Of a stretch of DNA of 64,000 nt, positions 34,318 to 41,454 are shown in pieces. The DNA is taken from contig CAUJHJ010000007.1 in assembly GCA_963204835.1 (NCBI GenBank), positions 23,762 to 87,761 on the forward strand, read 5' to 3'. Positions within the stretch are counted from its first letter, which is position 1; each line of letters begins with the position of its first letter. The translations under genes and the position numbers were made by a program. The notes under the pieces were generated by a model that saw only the letters and a program-made list of their open reading frames with translations, was not told where the DNA came from and searched no databases. Source of the stretch: Pseudomonadota bacterium (GTDB lineage: Bacteria; Pseudomonadota; Gammaproteobacteria; Steroidobacterales; Steroidobacteraceae).

Positions 34318-36540
34318 TCAGCCCTCCGCCACCTTCGGAACGACGATCTGCGCGCCCGGCCGCAGCTCGCCGAGGTCGACATCCGGGTTGTACTGCTGCA
34401 GCAGCCAGGTTGGCACTCCGCTGTAGCGCTGCGAAATGCTCCACAGCGAGTCGCCGCGACGCACGACATAGATCTCGGTGCCGAGGATGCGGTGCGCCTC
34501 GAAGTAGTTGGCCTGCAGGGCGTAGTGATAGTCACGCCGCTTCTGTTCGAACTGCTCCGCCGTCACCCTCGACAGGTCGACCTTCAGCTTGCGGCCGACG
34601 AGCACCGGCTGCCCGCCTCGCAATCCATTCAACTGGCGCAGGCGCGACGCGCTGACCCCGGCCCAGTCGGCGTAGTGGCCGAGCGTTTCCGCGGCCACGA
34701 CCCTTATCGTGTGGTCCCTCGCGACGCTGTAGTCGACCGCGTCGGCGGCGGATGGCGCCGCCTCGGAGCCGGTGACCAGCGCCGGCCCGAGCGCCTCGGC
34801 CTCGCCCGCCGAAACCGGCTCCGCACGGCTCGCACGTCGCACGCTCGCGATGACCGCCGCATCGTCTTCCTTGCTTTCCTGCACGGCTGCGGTGGTCGGC
34901 GCATCCGACTCCCCGGCCGTCGTGGCTGCGCTGGCCGCGAGCTGCAGGCGCTGGCCCTCGTAGATGTAATTCGGATTGCGCAGGCCGTTGACACGCATCA
35001 GTACGGACTCCGCCACGCCTGTCCGTGCGGCGATCGCCGACAGCGACTCGCCGCGCTTGACGACGTGCACGCCACCAGCGCCCGCGGGAGCCGCGGCGTC
35101 GATCGCCGTCGCGGGCGCCGCCGCCACCGGCGCCGCGGGCGTTGCAGGCGGCGCGACCGGGACAGCCGCGGCAAGACCCGCCACGCGCGCCGGCATCAGC
35201 TCGGGCAGGCGCAGGTTGCGGCCGCGCCGCAGCTCGGCATCGGCGGAAATGCCGTTGAGCGCGGCCAGTTCGCGAGTCGACAGACGATAGCGCTTCGCCA
35301 CCTCGGCCAGGGTCTCGCCCTTGCGCACGCGATGGGAGCGCGACTGGACCTGCCCGGCATACTGCTCGGCGGCGGGCAGGCGCTGGGCGAGCTGCGCACT
35401 CGTGAGCGCCTCGCCATTGCCGGGCAGGCGCAAACGGTAGCCGCGCGGCACGAGCCGCTCGCCGCTCCAGACGGCGGGCAGGAGCGCGGGATTGAGGGAC
35501 TTCAGCGTGGCGCGGTCGACGGGAATGCCGCGTTCGAGCGCCTTCACCGGCACATACGCCGGCACGTCCACTTCGCTGAACTTCGCCTCGGGCGCGCGCT
35601 CGATCGGCCCGAAGTACTTCTCGGGATTCTGGTCGATGGTGAGCGCCGCGAGGAACGAAGGGTAGAAGTTGCGCGACGCGAATCCGAAGCTCGCGCTCTT
35701 GTAGCCGCGGTTGATGCGCACGTAGTCGGTCGTTCCCATCGCCTCGGTGGCTCGGCGCATCCCGGCCGCGCCATGGTTGTAGGCGGTCAGTGCAAGCGGC
35801 CACGAGCCGAGCAAGCGGTAGTTGTAGGCAAGAAGTTGCGCGGCGCCCTCCGTCGAACGGAACGGGTCCATGCGTTCATCGACCGCGCTGTCGATGCGCA
35901 TGTAGCGACGCCCGGTCGAGCGCATGAACTGCCACAGGCCCGCGGCGCCCACCTTGGAATAGGCGGCCGGATTGAAGGACGACTCGACATGGGGCAGTGC
36001 CGCAATCTCGGGCGGCAGGCCCAGATTCGCCAGCGTCTGCGCGATATGCGGCTCCCAGGCGCCGGAGCGCACGAGGCCCGCATGGAAGCGGTCGGCCTGG
36101 CCGAGCTGGAAGCGGATGCCATCATGCGCCTGCTTCAGGCGCTCGGCCCCCGCCTTGCCCCACAGCCCGGCGACGCGGCGCTCCTCGTCGCTCAACGACT
36201 GGTGCACAGGCTGCGCCGCGAGCCGCTCGAGAATCGCCTGGTAGCGCTTGCGCGCCTCATCCACCACCGCGGCGCGCTGCTTCGGCAGGCTGTTCGGCGC
36301 AAAGCGCAGGGTTTCGTAGATGACCGACAGGTCGCGCTCGTCGTGCAGGAAGCCTTCGTTGGTCGTGACCTGCGAGTAGACGCGAATCCAGAAATCGACG
36401 TCGGCCTGCAACTCCGCCGGCCGCGGAACGGCATCGCGCGCCGACTGCGCGCGCGCGCCGTCCGGCACCAACAACGCCGCGGTAGCCAGCGCGAGCGCCA
36501 GGGCCGCCAGGCGCTTCGCCGTCCGCCTCATCCGATCCAT
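34318..36540 (-). CDS. mltD: membrane-bound lytic murein transglycosylase D-like protein with about four LysM repeats
   Basis: Signal peptide. SLT active-site region HVESSFNPAAYSKVGAAGLWQFM. LysM repeats begin HRVRKGETLAEVAKRY, HVVKRGESLSAIAART and YVVRRGDSLWSISQRY, plus one degenerate copy. Start at ATG 36540 (the track ORF is over-extended). Confidence 0.88.
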   Translation of the reverse strand: MDRMRRTAKRLAALALALATAALLVPDGARAQSARDAVPRPAELQADVDFWIRVYSQVTTNEGFLHDERDLSVIYETLRFAPNSLPKQRAAVVDEARKRYQAILERLAAQPVHQSLSDEERRVAGLWGKAGAERLKQAHDGIRFQLGQADRFHAGLVRSGAWEPHIAQTLANLGLPPEIAALPHVESSFNPAAYSKVGAAGLWQFMRSTGRRYMRIDSAVDERMDPFRSTEGAAQLLAYNYRLLGSWPLALTAYNHGAAGMRRATEAMGTTDYVRINRGYKSASFGFASRNFYPSFLAALTIDQNPEKYFGPIERAPEAKFSEVDVPAYVPVKALERGIPVDRATLKSLNPALLPAVWSGERLVPRGYRLRLPGNGEALTSAQLAQRLPAAEQYAGQVQSRSHRVRKGETLAEVAKRYRLSTRELAALNGISADAELRRGRNLRLPELMPARVAGLAAAVPVAPPATPAAPVAAAPATAIDAAAPAGAGGVHVVKRGESLSAIAARTGVAESVLMRVNGLRNPNYIYEGQRLQLAASAATTAGESDAPTTAAVQESKEDDAAVIASVRRASRAEPVSAGEAEALGPALVTGSEAAPSAADAVDYSVARDHTIRVVAAETLGHYADWAGVSASRLRQLNGLRGGQPVLVGRKLKVDLSRVTAEQFEQKRRDYHYALQANYFEAHRILGTEIYVVRRGDSLWSISQRYSGVPTWLLQQYNPDVDLGELRPGAQIVVPKVAEG

Positions 36541-36784
36541 GTCCACCTCGCGTGGGATCCGTACCCGCCCACTGTCGGAATTCCTGACAGTCCGCGACGG
36601 CAGCCCCGGCACCATGGGCGCTTCCGTCGTGGCGGGCTGCCGCCAAGTGCGGCATGGCTCACATATTGGCATCAGTTTGCGCACCTCGACCCGACATATT
36701 CCCGGAATCGTGATGCATGGCACAGGCCTTGCTCCTTGCCTGCCTGAGCGGCGATCACGCCGCGTCGTGCAGAAAGGTTTCCAG

Positions 36785-37540
36785 ATGACGATGAAGGCTT
36801 CACTCTCCCTCGCCTGCCTATCGCTCGCCCTCGGGGCAGCCGCACAGGCGACGCCCGTCAACCTGTCGGCTGGCAATGGCGAAATGAACCTGCAGCAGAT
36901 CCTCGATGGCATCACGGTGGGCGGATCGAGCAGTGTCGACGTGCTCGCCGACCAGTACGCCAACGACGCGCAGTGGTCGCTCGGCGGCTCGGGCGGCGCG
37001 TTCTCGCAGATCGTGATCGAGCTCGCGGGCTACGCCGCGATCAACAGCTTCGGCATCTACGACATCATGGACCCCTCGCGACAGGTCGAGATTTTCTCGG
37101 GCGCCGCCACCGCGGGCACCAGCTCGTCGCGCGCCACGTTCTCGATCATGGCCGACGGCCAGGTCGTGCGTAACCTCTTCGAGGAAACCGGCGTCTACTT
37201 CTCGGGCAATCTCTTCGGCTTCTATCTCTCGACGCCGGGGCACTCCTGGTATTCCGACGCCGGGCGCAACGCGGACGGCGCGGACCACATGGTGGCCTAC
37301 CAGGGCAGCGGCGACACCGTGAAGATCGGCAATACGATCGCGGGCCCGTGGGCCAACAACGAGTTCGTCATGGCCTGGGAAGACCTGGCCCGCGGCCAGT
37401 GGGACTACGACTACAACGACTTCGTCGTGATGGTCGAATCGGTGAACGGCGTGAAGGTGCCGGAGCCCGGCACGCTCGCCCTGTTGGGATTCGGGCTGGC
37501 GGGCCTCGCGCTTGTGCGCCGCCGCCGGGCCACGGAATAA
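36785..37540 (+). CDS. PEP-CTERM-anchored secreted protein with a DUF4114-like motif
   Basis: Signal peptide MTMKASLSLACLSLALGAAAQA. C-terminus VPEPGTLALLGFGLAGLALVRRRR is a canonical PEP-CTERM sorting signal. It is preceded by WEDL...WDYDYNDFVVMVE. Confidence 0.85.
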   Translation: MTMKASLSLACLSLALGAAAQATPVNLSAGNGEMNLQQILDGITVGGSSSVDVLADQYANDAQWSLGGSGGAFSQIVIELAGYAAINSFGIYDIMDPSRQVEIFSGAATAGTSSSRATFSIMADGQVVRNLFEETGVYFSGNLFGFYLSTPGHSWYSDAGRNADGADHMVAYQGSGDTVKIGNTIAGPWANNEFVMAWEDLARGQWDYDYNDFVVMVESVNGVKVPEPGTLALLGFGLAGLALVRRRRATE

Positions 37541-37578
37541 CTACAAGAAGAAGCACTCCTCAGCAAGCAAGCGACCAT

Positions 37579-37605
37579 GGCCCCGCTGCGAGCGGGGCCT
37601 TTTTT
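37579..37605 (+). terminator. rho-independent terminator (shared with the convergent ICMT-like gene)
   Basis: ggccccgc-tgcga-gcggggcc followed by TTTTTT. It lies between the convergent stops at 37540 and 37606. Confidence 0.7.
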
Positions 37606-38091
37606 CTACCAGCGCCGTATGTCGCGCCGGTAGGCGGCATAGTCCGCGCCGAAGAGCGCCGCGAGCGCGCGCTCCTCGGGCCCGATCTGGAACCGGTTCA
37701 TGTACAGCATGAAGGCCGGGGCCAGCAGCAGCGACAGCCAGCTCCACAACCAGGCGGCCCATGCGATGAGGCACAGCTGCATGCCGAGGTACATGGGATT
37801 GCGCGTGTAGCGGTACACGCCCTCCCTCACGAGCGTGCTGGTCGCACCGGGGCTCAGGGGGCTGATTGTCGTGCGCGCGCGCCGGAAGGTGGCGACGCCG
37901 CACGCCGCGATCCCGACACCGAGCACAACCAGCACGACCACGAGGCCGATGCGCAGCGCGCCTGGCATCGGCACGGGCGGGGCGAGCGGCGACACGAGCC
38001 ACATCGATAATCCGGTGAGCAGCGCCACCAGCGGCGGCGGAACCTTCAACTCGAGCCTGTCAGCCAGTGGCATGCCGAACCCGCCCTTCAC
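37606..38091 (-). CDS. isoprenylcysteine carboxyl methyltransferase (ICMT/PEMT)-family membrane methyltransferase
   Basis: Multi-TM protein with LVREGVYRYTRNPMYLG...GPEERALAALFGADYAAYRRD. The GTG at 38091 gives a GTGA overlap with the cyclase stop. The alternative ATG is at 38073. Confidence 0.8.
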   Translation of the reverse strand: MKGGFGMPLADRLELKVPPPLVALLTGLSMWLVSPLAPPVPMPGALRIGLVVVLVVLGVGIAACGVATFRRARTTISPLSPGATSTLVREGVYRYTRNPMYLGMQLCLIAWAAWLWSWLSLLLAPAFMLYMNRFQIGPEERALAALFGADYAAYRRDIRRW

Positions 38092-39773
38092 GCCGCGGCC
38101 GGCTCGGCCACTTGCACCCGGTTGCGCCCCGAACGCTTCGCCGCATAGACCGCGGCGTCAGCCTGCGCAATCAGGCGCTCGCCCCAGACCCCGAGCGAGT
38201 TGCTCGCCGCCACGCCGATGCTGCAGGTGAGCTGGATCGTCGGGCCGAAGCCCTCGATGCGCACGTCGGCAACGCGCTGGCGGATGCGCTGTGCGATCAG
38301 GCTCGCAGCCGCGACATCGGCGCTGCTCAGGACCACGACGAACTCCTCGCCGCCATAGCGACCGACCACATCCGAATGGCGCAACTCGGCCTGGATCGGT
38401 GGAATGATCGCGGCAAGGCAGGCATCGCCCGCCTGGTGTCCCCAGGTATCGTTGATCTGCTTGAAGTGATCGAGATCGATGAACAGCAGCGCGATCGGCA
38501 GGCCGCGCGCCTGCGCACGGGCACAGGCGGCATCGAGCCGCGTGATCAGCGAGCGGCGATTGAGCACCCCCGTGAGCGCGTCGGTCTGCGCGTGGCGTTC
38601 CGCCTCTGAAAGCGCCACGCGTTGCTCGCGCAGCCGGTCAGCCACGCCGAGGGCGATCAGGACCGCCGCGGCGACCATCGACAGCGGCAGGCCGTAGTAC
38701 AGCAGGTACTCCGCGCCCGCGGCCTCCGTGCGCAGCAGCCGCAAGGCCGTGGCGATGGTGAACGCCTCGAGCAGCACCCAGGCGAGCAGGAACCAGCCCG
38801 CCGGCCGGCTGCCGCGCCGCCACGCGAGCAGGGCCGTCACGAGCGTGAAGACCGCCGTGCCGGCGAACACGAGGTTGCCGATCGCGGGCAGCCAACCGCC
38901 GAAGCCGTCGTGCGACAGGAAATTCGCGAAGGCGAGCACGGCGAAGACGGCTGCGAACCAGCCGAATGCGCCGTACACGCGCGCCGAATAGCGCTTGAGG
39001 TCGGCGATCTCGCGCACGAACAGGCAAGCCGCCGTGCCGCTGAGCGCCGCCGGGACATTCCACGCATGCGAGGCGAGCGGGGCCGCAGCCGACAGCCAGG
39101 GCCAGTCGAAGCCCTGGCCCGACAGGTACGCCACGTAAAGCGCCTGCAGGGAAAACAGGCTCGCATACAGCACGAAAAGGCGGTCCTTCAGCACGAGCCA
39201 GATCAGCAGTGCCGCGGTCGACATCGCCATCAGGGCGCCGAAGACGAGCGCGATCATGCGCGCGTGCCCGGCTCCCTGCGCCAGCATCCGGTCGAGTGGG
39301 CCGGTGCTGAACTGCAGCACTTCCGCGCCGCGGATCGGTGCGGCGACGACCCGCGCGTAGAGCGAATCACCCTCCGCCAGGTCCTGCGGCAGGGCATAGA
39401 CCACATCCTGCACGCCGCTGAAAGCCGGCAAGGTCGCGGCGGGAAGGAGCCTGCGCACACCCGCCTGGCCCGCGGGCTGCGCGGCGAAGACCTGCACGGC
39501 GAGATGGCGGCCCTGCGTAACGGCGAGCGCGGGGGCGCCAGTGCCGGGAGAGGACGCGCGCGCCGTCAGGCGCAACCAGAAAGGCCCGCCGCGCAGGCGC
39601 GCCTCGCGGTACCGGTATGCGCCAAACTGCGCATCGAGCGAGCCGCTCGCGACGGCGATGGGCTCGGCATCGCCCCCGGCGGCATCGAGCAATTCGATGT
39701 CGAACGGCAGGTTCGCCGCGTGGGCGGAAGCCAGCGCACCGCCGAGCACCCATGCCAGGAAGAATCCACGCAC
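38088..39773 (-). CDS. 7TMR-DISM-type sensor diguanylate cyclase
   Basis: Signal peptide plus periplasmic domain and seven predicted TM helices. GGDEF domain with the active site GGEEF and an I-site RHSD five residues upstream. Confidence 0.88.
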   Translation of the reverse strand: MRGFFLAWVLGGALASAHAANLPFDIELLDAAGGDAEPIAVASGSLDAQFGAYRYREARLRGGPFWLRLTARASSPGTGAPALAVTQGRHLAVQVFAAQPAGQAGVRRLLPAATLPAFSGVQDVVYALPQDLAEGDSLYARVVAAPIRGAEVLQFSTGPLDRMLAQGAGHARMIALVFGALMAMSTAALLIWLVLKDRLFVLYASLFSLQALYVAYLSGQGFDWPWLSAAAPLASHAWNVPAALSGTAACLFVREIADLKRYSARVYGAFGWFAAVFAVLAFANFLSHDGFGGWLPAIGNLVFAGTAVFTLVTALLAWRRGSRPAGWFLLAWVLLEAFTIATALRLLRTEAAGAEYLLYYGLPLSMVAAAVLIALGVADRLREQRVALSEAERHAQTDALTGVLNRRSLITRLDAACARAQARGLPIALLFIDLDHFKQINDTWGHQAGDACLAAIIPPIQAELRHSDVVGRYGGEEFVVVLSSADVAAASLIAQRIRQRVADVRIEGFGPTIQLTCSIGVAASNSLGVWGERLIAQADAAVYAAKRSGRNRVQVAEPAAA

Positions 39774-39833
39774 CCTGCGCCCCCACCGGCCGCCCCAAAG
39801 GGCCAGTATCGGCGATCGCGCAAGGCGCGCAAG

Positions 39834-40664
39834 TCAGTTTGCGCGCAGGAAGGCGTCGGCCTCGAGAATCCTCACTCCGGGCTGCTCCGCGAGGCATTGG
39901 CGCAGCAGCCAGGCATGCCCGGCACCGTAAATCACGAGCAACCGGTCTCCCGGCTGCGCGACCTGCACGATGCGCGCGCAGATCCCGAGGTTGCGGGCGT
40001 ACCAGGCAGCGACCAACCGCGCCCCCGGCTGCTCATCACCCGCGCCGAAGCCGAGCAGGGCGGTGTAGAAGCCGTGGTCGGCCCGCAGGTGGTCGCGGCT
40101 GTTGAGCAGCCGCAGGACCTGTTCCAGGGAATGTGTCTTCAACTCGGCGGAAAGCGCAGCGGCCCGCTCCCGAGTGTTCGCAAGCATCGCCTCGATCTGC
40201 CCTTCCCGTCCGGATTGCTTCGCCCAGTCCATCACGGGCTCGAAGGGGAATTCGCCGTCGAAGTCGGTCGCGTAGACCTCGTCGTGGCGCAGCCGCTGCG
40301 CGAGCCGGTAGCCGAGCTGGGTCACCTCGCTGCGATTGGGTGGGGCGGTACCCGCAAGGAATCGCCGGTAGTTGGCCGAGTAATTCGTGCCCGGCACCCG
40401 CTTCTGCGACTCCACCACGATCTTCGTGGGCACGTAGCGGGCGAGATGGTCGAGCAGGTCGCCGATCTGCGCCTGGCGCGTGGGCGCAAGCACGTCGTCA
40501 ACCTGCACGCTGGCGTAGTCGAGGCCGGGATTGTCGAAATGAAAGGTCCCGAGCACGACGACTTCAATGGGTGCAACGCCGGGTGCCCCCGGAGGACCCG
40601 CGACCGCCACCTTCATCGTGAGGATCGCAAGGATCGCCCCGGAAACGAATCCGAACCAGTTCAT
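39834..40664 (-). CDS. exported Tiki/TraB/ChaN-superfamily-like protein (DUF5694-like), function unknown
   Basis: N-terminal anchor or signal MNWFGFVSGAILAILTMKVAVAG. Paired GxxH-type motifs VVLGTFHFDNP and LVIYGAGHAWLL. The family name is recalled from memory and was not verified. Confidence 0.6.
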   Translation of the reverse strand: MNWFGFVSGAILAILTMKVAVAGPPGAPGVAPIEVVVLGTFHFDNPGLDYASVQVDDVLAPTRQAQIGDLLDHLARYVPTKIVVESQKRVPGTNYSANYRRFLAGTAPPNRSEVTQLGYRLAQRLRHDEVYATDFDGEFPFEPVMDWAKQSGREGQIEAMLANTRERAAALSAELKTHSLEQVLRLLNSRDHLRADHGFYTALLGFGAGDEQPGARLVAAWYARNLGICARIVQVAQPGDRLLVIYGAGHAWLLRQCLAEQPGVRILEADAFLRAN

Positions 40665-40714
40665 GACGGCCTCCCTGCACGCTTGGATGCGCGCGGGGGG
40701 CGGCGGGTTGGAAT

Positions 40715-40744
40715 GGCGGCGCCTGACGGGCGAGAGGCGCCGCC
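40715..40744 (-). terminator. GC hairpin downstream of nrdJb (possible terminator, no U-tract)
   Basis: 9-bp stem ggcggcgcc/ggcgccgcc with a 12-nt loop, 16 nt past the nrdJb stop. Confidence 0.3.
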
Positions 40745-40759
40745 CTCAGCGCGCCGCGC

Positions 40760-41452
40760 TCACATGCACTTCGAATCGCCGCAATTGAGGCAGGTCATGC
40801 AGCCGTCCATCATGACGACAGCCGCGGTGCTGCACTTGGAGCAAAGTTGCGCGCCGTCGGGGAAGTGCGACTTCGAGAAGGCGTCCGATTGCTTCTGGCG
40901 CTCCTCGAATTCGGCGCGCTTCTCCGCGATGAACTTCTGCTGGCGCGCATCGGGCTCGGGCGCGCGCAGCAGGCCGATCGTCTGCAGGTGCTTCTCGATC
41001 ACGTGGCCGAGTTCGGCGATGATCGAGGGCATGAATTTGCCGCCCGGCAGCCAGTATCCGCCGCGCCGATCGAACACGGCCTTCAGTTCGTCGACGAGGA
41101 AGGTGACGTCGCCGCCCTTCCTGAACACCGCCGAGATGATGCGGGTGAGCGCCACGATCCACTGGTAGTGATCCAGGTTCTTCGAGTTGATGAACACCTC
41201 GAAGGGCCGGCGCTGCTCGAACTCGGTGCCCTCGTTCAGCACGATATCGTTGATGGTGACGTACATCGCGTGGTCCGACACCGGCGTCTTGATCTTGTAG
41301 GTCGAGCCGATCAGCACCTCGGGGCGCTGGATCTCCTCGTGCATGCGGATGACCTTGGCCGAAGCGGGTGCCGCCTTCGCTTCGGGCGCCTTGTCTTCCG
41401 GCTTCTTCACGCGGTACTTGGTGATCTTCTTGTCGAACTTCATGTTGCTCAC
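40760..41452 (-). CDS. nrdJ: class II (B12-dependent) ribonucleotide reductase, C-terminal subunit NrdJb
   Basis: EVLIGSTYKIKTP...MYVTINDIV...PFEVFINSKNLDHYQWIVALTRIISAVFRKGGD plus a C-terminal Cys cluster CSKCS...CMTCLNCGDSKC. Starts 2 nt after the nrdJa stop. Confidence 0.85.
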   Translation of the reverse strand: MSNMKFDKKITKYRVKKPEDKAPEAKAAPASAKVIRMHEEIQRPEVLIGSTYKIKTPVSDHAMYVTINDIVLNEGTEFEQRRPFEVFINSKNLDHYQWIVALTRIISAVFRKGGDVTFLVDELKAVFDRRGGYWLPGGKFMPSIIAELGHVIEKHLQTIGLLRAPEPDARQQKFIAEKRAEFEERQKQSDAFSKSHFPDGAQLCSKCSTAAVVMMDGCMTCLNCGDSKCM

Positions 41453-41454
41453 GC

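Noticed and set aside
36572-36590. Possible LexA/SOS box (CTGT...ACAG).
   Set aside because: The spacing is N11 rather than the N8 required by the CTGT-N8-ACAG consensus.
36667-36682. Sigma54-like TGGCAT-N4-TTGC upstream of the PEP-CTERM gene.
   Set aside because: The GG-to-GC spacing is one nucleotide shorter than the strict -24/-12 spacing, so it is probably fortuitous.
31803-36963. N-terminal over-extensions of ppnN (to 33983) and mltD (to 36963). The same applies to the hydrolase at 1390 (to 2628) and rsmE (from 2422).
   Set aside because: Homology to known proteins begins at internal Met or GTG codons. The extensions overlap neighbouring real genes.
38622-41168. 848-aa plus-strand ORF spanning the cyclase, the Tiki-like gene and nrdJb.
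   Set aside because: It crosses three well-supported minus-strand genes and two intergenic gaps. No motifs were found.
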